Shown: positions 17,944 through 26,825 of the stretch, piece by piece
Position numbering within the stretch: the stretch's first letter is position 1
How the letters are laid out: each line of letters opens with the position of its first letter
Source: SAR202 cluster bacterium
GTDB taxonomy: Bacteria > Chloroflexota > Dehalococcoidia > Lucifugimonadales > UBA3495
Assembly (NCBI GenBank): GCA_016872385.1
Contig: VGZV01000003.1
Coordinates: 7,294 to 71,293, forward strand
Direction of reading: 5' to 3'
DNA: 64,000 bases
Made by a program: the position numbers and the translations under genes
The notes under the pieces: generated by a model
What the model saw: only the letters and a program-made list of their open reading frames with translations
Told to the model about the DNA's origin: nothing
Databases searched by the model: none

Positions 17944-18740
17944 ACCGCCAGCACATTTGGGCGGTGCTGCTGCGCAACCTTTACCTGGTGCGCCGCAGCC
18001 AGTACCGGGCCTTCAGCCTGTTCTACTGGGCCACCGTGGAGTTGTTCCTGTGGGGCTTTGTCACCCTGTGGCTGCAGGACATCTCCACTCCCGACGTCAA
18101 GATTACCCTGGTGGCCACGGTCATTGGGGCGTTGGTGTTCTGGGACCTGTTCTTCCGGGTGCAGCAGTCCCTGACCCTGGCTTTTCTGGAGGACGTGTGG
18201 TCCCGCAATATGCTCAACGTCTTTGCCTCGCCCCTGCGGCCCAGGGAACTGGTGGCGGGGTACATCCTGCTGAGCCTGCTGTTTGGGTTCATCTCCTTCG
18301 TGTTTGTGCTGGTGCTGGCATTTTTTCTGTACGCCCTGCACATCTGGAGCCTGGGCTATTACATCCTGCCCTTTGTGGTGAACCTGCTGTTCTTTGGATG
18401 GGCGCTGGGCTTTGTCATCCTGGGGTTCACCATCCGGTATGGGCCGTCGGTGGAAATCCTGGCCTGGTCACTGCCGGTGCTGGTGCAACCCCTTTCAGCG
18501 GTATTTTATCCGGTGAGCATATTGCCCCCGCTGCTGCAAAAGGCGGCTTTCTTCATCCCCACCATGCACCTGTTCGAGGGGATGCGGGCCGTGGTGCTGG
18601 AGGGCCGCTTTGACGTGGGGCACGTGGTGTGGGCCAGTTTGCTGAACGTGGCCTACTTTGCCCTGGCGATTGTGTTCTTCTACTGGATGCTATCCCTGGC
18701 CCGGCGGCGGGGGCTACTGAGCAGGCTGGTGATGGATTAG
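17940..18740 (+). CDS. ABC-2 type transporter permease
   Basis: GTGA start/stop overlap with the ATPase gene. 266-aa protein with about 6 hydrophobic helices. Confidence 0.8.
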   Translation: MNRQHIWAVLLRNLYLVRRSQYRAFSLFYWATVELFLWGFVTLWLQDISTPDVKITLVATVIGALVFWDLFFRVQQSLTLAFLEDVWSRNMLNVFASPLRPRELVAGYILLSLLFGFISFVFVLVLAFFLYALHIWSLGYYILPFVVNLLFFGWALGFVILGFTIRYGPSVEILAWSLPVLVQPLSAVFYPVSILPPLLQKAAFFIPTMHLFEGMRAVVLEGRFDVGHVVWASLLNVAYFALAIVFFYWMLSLARRRGLLSRLVMD

Positions 18741-18741
18741 G

Positions 18742-19833
18742 CTAAATACGGGCGGGCGTTAGGCTGGCAACCCGCGGCATGACTTGCTGGGCTAGCAGCC
18801 GCATGGAGTGTTCCCAACCGGCCTGGTCTTCCCAGTAATCGTAGACCAGCACCAGCAGAGTGCCGAAGCCGCCGGACGCCTGGTAAAGCTGCCGCAGTTT
18901 CCGCTCCACGGTGTCCGGAGAGCCGACCAGCCACAGGTGTTCCGCCATGTACTCGGGCGTGACTGCCGAGTCGGGAAGAGTGGGGTCGTGCTTGAACACT
19001 TTGAGCAGGTTGAAGGAGTCGAAGAGGGGCAGGAGATAGTCCCGCCAGACGCGGCCCAACATGCCATGAACGGCCTGGTGGTACGCCTCTTCGTCGGAAT
19101 CGGCCACGAACACGTCCCGCACTACGCGCCAGTCCCGGCGGGAGGGGGTCCTGCCGGAGCGCCGGGCGCCCTCCTCCACCGCCTCCCAGTGGCTGGCCAG
19201 GTACTCCTGGTTAAGCCCCAGGCTCATGGGGATAAACCCCCGTTCCCCGGCGATTTTCAGCGTCTCCGAGCCGATGCTCACCGAGGCCACGCCGATGGGT
19301 GGGTGGGGTTTCTGGAAGGGGGTAAGGAAGAACTTCAGGGTGCCGTACATGGTGTCGGGGAGGTTGACGTTCCAGAACTTGCCCCGGTACTGGAAGGGGC
19401 CCTGGTTCTCCCAGATTTTGAGGATGATGTCCAGGGACTCTCGGGTCATCTCCCGGTGCTGGCCGGCATTGCCATCCACGTTGAATAAAGCGTAGTCGCT
19501 GGGGAGTCCTCCAGACCCGATGCCAAAGAGAAACCGGCCCTGGGCCAGGTGGTCCAGGTAAGCCACCCGGTGGGCCAGCTCCGCCGGATGGTGGTAGGGC
19601 AGCAGGTGCGCCCCCGACCCCAGCTTGATGCGTTTGGTGCGCAACAGGGCCTGGGCGATCATAAGGTCCGGCGCAGGGATAGGTTCCCAGGGACTGGTAA
19701 AGTGCTCGCCAATCCAGGCCTCGGCGAATCCCAAGTCGTCGGCCAGGCACAGGCAGTCTAGGTCCCACTGGTGGGCCTGGAACAGGTCTCGCTCCGGCGG
19801 GTGGGAGGGCATCATAAAAAGGCCGTACTGCAT
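18742..19833 (-). CDS. LLM-class (luciferase-like) flavin-dependent oxidoreductase
   Basis: 363 aa. LGFAEAWIGEHF and GSGAHLLPYHHP segments typical of luciferase-like monooxygenases. Confidence 0.75.
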   Translation of the reverse strand: MQYGLFMMPSHPPERDLFQAHQWDLDCLCLADDLGFAEAWIGEHFTSPWEPIPAPDLMIAQALLRTKRIKLGSGAHLLPYHHPAELAHRVAYLDHLAQGRFLFGIGSGGLPSDYALFNVDGNAGQHREMTRESLDIILKIWENQGPFQYRGKFWNVNLPDTMYGTLKFFLTPFQKPHPPIGVASVSIGSETLKIAGERGFIPMSLGLNQEYLASHWEAVEEGARRSGRTPSRRDWRVVRDVFVADSDEEAYHQAVHGMLGRVWRDYLLPLFDSFNLLKVFKHDPTLPDSAVTPEYMAEHLWLVGSPDTVERKLRQLYQASGGFGTLLVLVYDYWEDQAGWEHSMRLLAQQVMPRVASLTPARI

Positions 19834-19881
19834 AGCTTCTCCTGGCGCGTCTAGCCACCGCGGTAATGGGACTGGCAGATT

Positions 19882-21261
19882 TTACACCACCGGCCACCGG
19901 GAAGGGTAGGATATGCCCGTGCGGGCCAGTAGGCCCTCGCCCAATGCCTGCACCTTCTGGATAAGCTGCCACTCGTCCACAAAGAGGGGCCGGTGATCCT
20001 CAACCACCACACGGCCATCCACCACCACCGTGTGCACGCTGCGGCCGTCGGCGTTGTACACCAGGTTGTTCACCGGGTTGAACAGCGTCCGCCATTCGGC
20101 CCGGCGCGTGTCAAACAGCGCCAGGTCGGCCTTCTTGCCCGGCTCAATGGAGCCAATGTCATCGCCCAGCCCCAGGGCATTAGCCCCCCCCAGGGTCGCC
20201 AGCTCCAGGGCCGTCTCTGCGGGAATCATCCCCACGTCCTGGCGGGCATCCTTGTAAAGCACCGCCGCCAGGTACATGGAGCGCATGGTCTCCAGCAGGT
20301 TGGAGTTGTTGCCCGCGTCGGTGCCCAGCCCCACGGTGACGCCCCGTTCCAGCATCTCCGGCAGCAAGGCCGTTTTGGTCATGCCCGTGCCGCCCTTGAG
20401 CGCCGCCGTGGGGCACATGACTACGCGCGTGCCGGTGCGGGCCAGGCAGTCCACCTCGGACAGGTCCAGTCCCAGGCAGTGGGCCAGGGTCGTGTTGGGG
20501 CCAAGAATTCCCAGGGACTCCAGGTACTGGGTGGGCCGCAGGCCATGCTGCCGCAGGCAGGCCTCCACGTACTGGGGCGTGTTGATGTGGTGCAGGGTCA
20601 GGCCGGTGTTGTGCCGGTCCGCCAGGGCTTTGGCGGCTTTCAACAGCTCCGGGCTGCACAGGGCGGGCGAGAAGGGCATGGCCCAGGCCCGCACCCGGCC
20701 GTCCAGCCGCCCGTCATACTCCTGGATGACCTGCTCCATGTCCCGCAGGGCGTGGGCCGTGGCGGACACCGGCAGGTTGTTGGGGTTGGGCTGGTCCACG
20801 GCGTGGCGGCCCACAATGATGCGGCAGCCCGACTCCTGATAGGCTTGCATACAGGCGTCCAAGTGCTTGGTGGTGCCCGGCTCCAGGAAGCAGGTGGTGC
20901 CGTGCTTCAGCAGCTCGGTAATGGCCAGCAGGGAGGTGTAATACTCCTCCTGGGCGGTCATGGCGGCCTGGAGCTTGAACACGTTGGGCAGGTAGGCTGG
21001 CCCCAGGTCGTCGGGGAAGATGCCGCGGGTGGCGTGGGCGTAGCTGGCGTGCAGGTGTCCGTTGACAAACCCCGGCGTCGCCACCATTTCGGCAGCGTCA
21101 ATAACCCGCTCCGCCGGGACCTGAGCCAGTTCCTGGACCTTACCCACCTGGACGATGCGGTTCCCCGCGACCAGAATGGTGCCGTCCCGGATAATCCGCC
21201 GCTGGGCGTCCAGGGTGACGACGAACTTGGCTCCCTGGATTTTCAAGGTTGCGTCGGGCAT
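19882..21261 (-). CDS. Amidohydrolase-superfamily deaminase/chlorohydrolase-like enzyme
   Basis: PGFVNGHLHASYA (HxH metal motif), HCLGL and GLGTDAGN motifs typical of the ATZ/TRZ and guanine/MTA deaminase group. Confidence 0.8.
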   Translation of the reverse strand: MPDATLKIQGAKFVVTLDAQRRIIRDGTILVAGNRIVQVGKVQELAQVPAERVIDAAEMVATPGFVNGHLHASYAHATRGIFPDDLGPAYLPNVFKLQAAMTAQEEYYTSLLAITELLKHGTTCFLEPGTTKHLDACMQAYQESGCRIIVGRHAVDQPNPNNLPVSATAHALRDMEQVIQEYDGRLDGRVRAWAMPFSPALCSPELLKAAKALADRHNTGLTLHHINTPQYVEACLRQHGLRPTQYLESLGILGPNTTLAHCLGLDLSEVDCLARTGTRVVMCPTAALKGGTGMTKTALLPEMLERGVTVGLGTDAGNNSNLLETMRSMYLAAVLYKDARQDVGMIPAETALELATLGGANALGLGDDIGSIEPGKKADLALFDTRRAEWRTLFNPVNNLVYNADGRSVHTVVVDGRVVVEDHRPLFVDEWQLIQKVQALGEGLLARTGISYPSRWPVV

Positions 21262-21275
21262 GGCGTCACCAATGT

Positions 21276-21320
21276 AAATCCCCCCTGGCCCCCCTTTGCA
21301 AAGGGGGGTTGGGGGGATTT
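21276..21320. repeat. Nested palindrome, family D
   Basis: AAATCCCCCCTGGCCCCCCTTTGCAAAGGGGGGTTGGGGGGATTT. A near-identical copy lies at 33811-33854. Both sit just downstream of a minus-strand gene. Confidence 0.75.
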
Positions 21321-21395
21321 CTCCCTGTGATGTTTAGATGCCTGGGCAAGGCTAAGAAATCCACGGGAGGCGCCCGCTGGTACTCCCCCTGTCGG

Positions 21396-22319
21396 CTACC
21401 CCTTCACTGCGGGCACCGGCAGGCCCGGTACCTTCACCCGCACCCGGCCCAGGGTGTTGCGGCTGGTAAAGTAAAGCCCCTGCCAGTCCGCGTCGCCCCA
21501 GCACAGGTTGGTGGTGGCGGGCTGGCCGTGGGCGATGATGCCCAGGTGGTTGCCCTTGGCGTCCAGCACCCAGATGCCGCCTGCGCCGCCGCAGTAAACG
21601 TTGCCCTCCACGTCCACTTTCATGCCGTCGGGGATGCCGGGGCGGTCGCCCTTTAACTCGGCAAAGACCCGGTCGCTGGCCAGGGCCACGGTGCCGTTAG
21701 GCATCACGTCGAAGGCGCGGATGTGGCGGCGGCGGGAGTCATTGACGTAAAGAATGCTCTCATCGGGGGAGAAGGCCAGGCCGTTGGGCAGGGCAAAGTC
21801 CTTGACCAGCAGGCTGAGGGTGCCCAGGTCCGGTGACAGCCGGTAAACCCCAGCGAAGTCCAGGTCCCACTGGTTGGGCGGGTCCGGACTGGTCCAGGGG
21901 TCGGAGAAGTAAATGCTGCCGTCGGACTTGACAATCACGTCGTTGGGGCGGTTCAGCCGGCGGCCCTGGAAGCTGTGGGCTACCACCGTCAAGCTGCCGT
22001 CAGGCTCCAGCCGCGTCACACGGCGGGTCAGGTGCTCGCAGGCCAGCAGGCGGCCCTGGCGGTCCCGGGTCAGGCCGTTGGCCTGGTTGGTGCCTTCCAT
22101 AAATACCGAGATTCCTTGCCCCTGCGCCCATTTCATGCGCCGGTTGTTGCCGATATCGCTGAACAGCAGGTAGCTGCCTTCCTTCCACCACAGGGGGCCT
22201 TCCGCCGGGCCTGTAGGGCCGCCAAACCCCGTGCCCAGCTCTTCTATACGCTGATTGCGGGCAATGAGACGTTCTAGTCCGGGCGCTACCTGCTCAATGG
22301 GCATGGCTGCATCCTCCAT
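21396..22319 (-). CDS. SMP-30/gluconolactonase/LRE-family protein
   Basis: EGPLWW, NRPNDVIV, PNGLAFSPDE and PDGMKVD blade motifs of the six-bladed propeller lactonase family. Confidence 0.8.
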   Translation of the reverse strand: MEDAAMPIEQVAPGLERLIARNQRIEELGTGFGGPTGPAEGPLWWKEGSYLLFSDIGNNRRMKWAQGQGISVFMEGTNQANGLTRDRQGRLLACEHLTRRVTRLEPDGSLTVVAHSFQGRRLNRPNDVIVKSDGSIYFSDPWTSPDPPNQWDLDFAGVYRLSPDLGTLSLLVKDFALPNGLAFSPDESILYVNDSRRRHIRAFDVMPNGTVALASDRVFAELKGDRPGIPDGMKVDVEGNVYCGGAGGIWVLDAKGNHLGIIAHGQPATTNLCWGDADWQGLYFTSRNTLGRVRVKVPGLPVPAVKG

Positions 22320-22429
22320 TTATTGCTTTGGGGGATTATAGCATCAAACGTTGACAACTTTTGGGCTTGTGGGTAACTTACCCAAAGATGATGGTGAGCA
22401 GAAAATTCTCTCGGTTCTGGAGGTCTTAA

Positions 22430-23386
22430 ATGGCAGCGCCGAAGATTGGCCTGGTAGTAGTTGCAGCGGATAGCGCCTCAGCCCTGGTGTCCATTGAGCG
22501 GGCTGAGGCCCTGGGCATTCCGGCGGTTTGGTTCACCAGTTCCGGCGCGGGCGGCGGCGACGCCATCACCCTCTTTGCCAGCGCCGCGGTGCGCACCCAG
22601 CGAATCCTGATGGGGACTTCCATCACGCAATTCTACACCCGCCACCCTGTGGCCCTGGCCCAACAGGTGCAGGTGGTGGCCCAGCTTGCGCCGGGCCGCT
22701 TCCGCCTGGGCCTGGGTTCCAGCGGCCAGGCGGGCATGGAACGCATGTTGGGAGTAAAGTTCCAGCAGCCCCTGGGCCATTTGCGGGAGTACATGCGCAT
22801 CAGCAAGGCGCTGCTCCAGAAGGGGGCCGTGGACATGGACGGCAAGCACTACCAGGCCCATGCCAAGCTGGCGGGGCCTCTGGACGTGCCGGTGATTGCC
22901 TCTGCCCTGGGGGCCAGCGCCTACCGGCTGTGCGGCGCGGAGGCCGATGGCGCCATTAGCTGGCTGTGCCCAAGCCCTTACCTGCGGGACGTGGCCCTGC
23001 CAGCCCTGCGCGCCGGGGCGCAAAAGGCAGGCCGCGATGCGCCGCCTCTCATTGCCCATGCTGCCGTGTGTGTCCACGCCAGCAAGGACGAGGTGCGGGC
23101 GGCGGTGAAGCAGCAGTTTGGCCACTTTGCCCGTGCCCCCTTCTACCAGAAGATGTTTGCCGCGGCGGGATTCCCTGAAGCGGCGGAGGGTGTCTGGAGC
23201 GACGCCATGTCCGATGCGGTGTGCTTCTCCGGCGACGAGGCGCAAGTCACCCGGCGGCTGCGGGAGTTGTCCTCTATAGGGGCTGACGAGATTTACGTGT
23301 CGGTGGTGGCGGCAGGGGCGGACCGGACTGCCTCCACCGAGCGGGCGCTGCAACTGCTGGGGCATTTGGGGCAGGGGAGCCCCTAA
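22430..23386 (+). CDS. LLM-class flavin/F420-dependent oxidoreductase
   Basis: 318 aa. AEALGIPAVWF and FRLGLGSS segments typical of the luciferase-like family. Confidence 0.7.
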   Translation: MAAPKIGLVVVAADSASALVSIERAEALGIPAVWFTSSGAGGGDAITLFASAAVRTQRILMGTSITQFYTRHPVALAQQVQVVAQLAPGRFRLGLGSSGQAGMERMLGVKFQQPLGHLREYMRISKALLQKGAVDMDGKHYQAHAKLAGPLDVPVIASALGASAYRLCGAEADGAISWLCPSPYLRDVALPALRAGAQKAGRDAPPLIAHAAVCVHASKDEVRAAVKQQFGHFARAPFYQKMFAAAGFPEAAEGVWSDAMSDAVCFSGDEAQVTRRLRELSSIGADEIYVSVVAAGADRTASTERALQLLGHLGQGSP

Positions 23387-23389
23387 CCA

Positions 23390-23912
23390 AATGTCGAAGT
23401 TGTCACCCTGAGTCCTTCGGCTGAAGGACGAAGGGTCTGGGGTGGCGGGCGTTTGCCCCACCCCAGATTCTTTTTCGTCCCAATGAAATCGGGACTCCGC
23501 AGAATGACATCCTTCATTGTTGTTAGGCACTCTTAGAGGTTGTCTAAAAAGATTGTCTCTGGTCATTGCGAGTAAAGCGAAGCAATCTTGTCCTGGGCAC
23601 GCGATTGCTTCGAGGCTACGCCCCTCGCAATGACTTTTTAAACACGCTCTTAGAGGTGTGTGACAATTCCCGCTCGTGGTGAGCCTGTCGAACCATGAGC
23701 GCCTAGCCTTTTTAGACACATTCTTAGAAGTTGTCTAAAAAGATTGTCTCTGGTCATTGCGAGTGAAGCGAAGCAATCTTGTCCTGGGCACGCGATTGCT
23801 TCGGGGCTACGCCCCTCGCAATGACTTTTTAAACACGCTTTTAGAGAGTGTGTGACAATTCCCGCTCGTGGTGAGCCTGTCGAACCACGAGCGCCTAGCC
23901 TTTTTAGACACC
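23390..23912. repeat. Family B unit followed by two tandem 191-bp family C units
   Basis: B unit at 23390-23538. The C unit (GTTGTCTAAAAAG...GTCATTGCGAG...CTCGCAATGAC...CTCGTGGTGAGCCTGTCGAACCA.GAGCGCCTAGCC...TTAGACAC) starts at 23539 and again at 23730, with only a few mismatches. Confidence 0.9.
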
Positions 23913-23915
23913 CTC

Positions 23916-24824
23916 TTAATCTGCTTTCCGCACGGCGTGGCCGCCAAACTGCTGCCGCAGCGCCGCCAGCATCCGCCCGCTCAACGGCTGCTCCTGGCGG
24001 GAGCGGAACCGCTGCTGCAATGCGGCGGTAATCACCGGCAGGGGCACCGCCAGGTCAACCGACTCCTGCACCGTCCAGCGGCCCTCGCCGGAGTCATCCA
24101 CGTAAGCCTGCAAGCTGGACAGGTCATGGTCCTCCGCTAGGGCGGCGGCGGCCAGGTCCAGCAACCAGGAGCGCACCACGCTGCCGTAGCGCCAAGTCTG
24201 GGCAATTTGGGCCAGGTCCAGCTGGAACTCTTCCTTGGCTGCCAGCAGTTCAAACCCTTCGGCGTAGGCTTGCATCAAGCCATATTCGATGCCATTGTGC
24301 ACCATCTTCACAAAATGGCCCGCTCCGCTGCTGCCCATGTAGCTGTAACCACGGTCCGGGCCTGGGGCCAGGGTCTGGAACAGCGGCTCCAGCCGCTCAA
24401 ACACTTCGCGCTTGCCGCCAATCATCAACGAATAGCCGTCCCGCAGGCCCCAGATGCCGCCGCTGGTGCCCACGTCCATAAAGTCTATGCCCAGGAGGGC
24501 CAGCCTCTGGGCGCGGGCCATGCTCTCCTTGTAGTTGGCGTTGCCCCCGTCAATCACCACGTCGCTGGGGGACAGAGCATGGGACAGGGCGTCAATGGTG
24601 GATTCGGTGGGCTGGCCTGGCGGCACCATCACCCACACCGCCCTGGGAGCCGCCAGTTGTTCCACCAGTCCGACCAGCGATGCCGCGCCCCGGGCTCCCA
24701 TGCCGGTCGTACCCTGCACCGCCTCGGCCCTGGGGTCGTAAACTACCACCTGATGCCCGCCATTTAGTAGACGCTGGGCCATGTTGCCGCCCATGCGGCC
24801 CAGGCCAATCATGCCTATTTCCAC
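23916..24824 (-). CDS. gnd: 6-phosphogluconate dehydrogenase, decarboxylating (short ~300-aa form)
   Basis: MEIGMIGLGRMGGNMAQRL Rossmann N-terminus. GHFVKMVHNGIEYGLMQAYAEG is the conserved 6PGDH signature region. Confidence 0.85.
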   Translation of the reverse strand: MEIGMIGLGRMGGNMAQRLLNGGHQVVVYDPRAEAVQGTTGMGARGAASLVGLVEQLAAPRAVWVMVPPGQPTESTIDALSHALSPSDVVIDGGNANYKESMARAQRLALLGIDFMDVGTSGGIWGLRDGYSLMIGGKREVFERLEPLFQTLAPGPDRGYSYMGSSGAGHFVKMVHNGIEYGLMQAYAEGFELLAAKEEFQLDLAQIAQTWRYGSVVRSWLLDLAAAALAEDHDLSSLQAYVDDSGEGRWTVQESVDLAVPLPVITAALQQRFRSRQEQPLSGRMLAALRQQFGGHAVRKAD

Positions 24825-24869
24825 GTTGTAAGCCTCCTTACAGTCAGAACAGAGGCTCCCATTATGCCA

Positions 24870-26518
24870 CTATTGGAGTTCATCAAGCAGCCGCTGCAAT
24901 CCCGCCGTGGGGTCGGCCCCCAGATGCCGGTGCATGGCCGGACGGCCAAGTCTTTGCAGGGTTGACAGGTCCCCTATAGCCTGGGCGGCGGCTAGGACGT
25001 TAAAGCTGTACCCCTGCCCATGGATGGGAATCTCCGTGGGATGGTTCTGGGTAAGCACCAGGAACCGGCCGGTGGCCGGGCCGCCCTTGTGAAGTTGGCC
25101 CGTGGAGTGCAAATACCGGGGTCCGTAGCCCCAGGTGGTGGTCAATCCCCAGCCTTCCAGCACTGCCCGGCGCAGCCTGGGTATCAGTGACTCCACTTCA
25201 GGGCTGGGCGTCAGGTAGGCCAGCGCCGCCAGTAGCTGCCCTGGGGGGCGTTGCCCAGGAAGGAACGCAGGCTTCCTCCCGTGGCGGCGTCTGGCAGCCG
25301 CCCAGACCGGGAGTATGCGGCAAGCGCCTGGTCTGTTGTGTCTTTGGCGCTTTGAACGTCGGGCTGGTCAAAGGGGTTGACTCCCAGCAAGGCCCCGGCC
25401 ACGGCGGTGGCAAACTCCCAGCGGTAAAATTCGCCGCCCAGGTCCATTTTGTCTTGCCAGGTCAAACGCAGCACCGGGTGGCCGGCGGCGGCAATCTTTT
25501 CCAAGGCTGAATCCAGCGCAGAATTGTCATCGCCTGCCAACCGGGCGTAGACAAATACCCGGTCGCGGCCATAGTGTTGCGGCGCAGCCAGCGGCTCGTT
25601 GGCGATGGGAACAATCCCTTTGCCCTCCTTGCCGGTGCTTTCTGCAATGAGTTGCTGCGCCCATAGCCCAAAGCTGCTGAGGGAGGGGGATGCCGCCAGC
25701 GTGAGCTTGTCCCGGCCGCGTCTGGCCAGGCCGCCCAGGGCCGCGCCCAGCCAGATTCCTGGGTTTTTCGCAAGAGGTATTCCGGCGGCGCACCGGGCCT
25801 GCATACTTTGCGCCCTGCCCAGCAAGGCGTGGAGGTTGATGCCCATCAACGCCGCAGGCACCAGCCCGAACAAGGACAGCACTGAGTACCGGCCGCCGAT
25901 GTCAGGCGGGTTCAAAAATACTTTCCGGAACTGATGTTCCCTTCCCAGGGCATCCAGGGGTGTCTTGGGATCGGTGATGGCCACGAAACGGCGGCCCGCC
26001 TGCGATTTGCCTGCTATCTGCTCCGTGCTTTGACGAAAGTGGCGGTAAAGGCTAAGAGTCTCCACCGTGCCGCCGGACTTGGATGCCGCCACGAACAAGG
26101 TGCGGGATGGGTCAATGACCTGGCTGACTTGCTGCACCGTGGACGGCAATACAGAGTCCAGCACCAGCAGTTGCGGGAAGCCCGGGGCGCTGCCCAAGAT
26201 GCGGGCCAGCACTTCCATGCCCAGGCTGGAGCCGCCCATGCCCAGGAGCGCCACATGCTGACAGCCTTCTGCCCGTACTTCTTCGGCAAAGGCCTCCAGC
26301 TCCGGGACTTGGTTGGCCATGTCGCCGGCAATGTCCAGCCAGCCTAGCCGGTCTGCAATTTCGGTGGGGTTGGGCTTCCACAGAGTATGGTCCCGCGCCC
26401 AGATGCGGCCAGCGGCGTTCCGGCGGTCCAGTTCATCCAGGGCCTCTGCCACTGGCGGCGGCAGTGCCCCAATAAATTGGCTATGTCTTAACAAGTCATC
26501 GTCGGACTGTTCCATCAT
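24870..26518 (-). pseudogene. pgi: Glucose-6-phosphate isomerase, split into 435-aa and 108-aa ORFs by a 1-nt frameshift
   Basis: The N-terminal ORF has the SIS/PGI motifs (LLGMGGSSLG, ASKSGGTVET). Shifting frame near 25243-25248 (G6 run on the plus strand) reads FLGNAPPGQLLAALAYLTPSPEVESLIPRL continuously into the 24870-25196 ORF (WGYGPRYLHSTGQLHKGGP). Confidence 0.8.
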
Positions 26519-26605
26519 TCTTCCTCATTATTATGATTGTGGCAGTATGGCCTTGCCCAAAAAGTATGGATTTCGATAGTTAGTAACGTTTTGCATACAA
26601 TTATT

Positions 26606-26702
26606 GTCACCCTGAGTCCTTCGGCTGAAGGACGAAGGGTCTAAAATGCCAGGATTTTAGATTCTTCGTCCCGATGCAATCGGGGCTCAGAATGACATTT
26701 TG
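26606..26702. repeat. Short family B unit
   Basis: GTCACCCTGAGTCCTTCGGCTGAAGGACGAAGGGTCT...TCCCGATGCAATCGGGG..CAGAATGAC. Confidence 0.8.
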
Positions 26703-26825
26703 GGCAAAGCCGTGGCAGTATTATGATTGTGGCAGTCCGGCATGGCACACGCTGCCGGCATTAGTTGGAACCTTTTGGCTTGTGCCGGAGTCTTTTTATT
26801 ATAATGGCAGCAGGAGTTCCTTATC

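Noticed and set aside
19993-21330. Long antisense ORFs, including 19993-21330 (+), 58470-59531 (-), 41757-43052 (-), 15638-16768 (-), 46597-47835 (-), 50002-51081 (-), 22478-23719 (-), 33843-35390 (+) and 5011-6084 (-)
   Set aside because: They lie opposite genes with strong family signatures, have Arg/Gly/Pro/His-rich low-complexity translations typical of off-frame high-GC DNA, and lack RBS or motif support.
23390-23912. Possible CRISPR array, because of regularly recurring sequences
   Set aside because: The period is 191 bp, the sequences between repeats are themselves repeated modules, the units are imperfect palindromic composites found dispersed in both orientations, and there are no cas genes.
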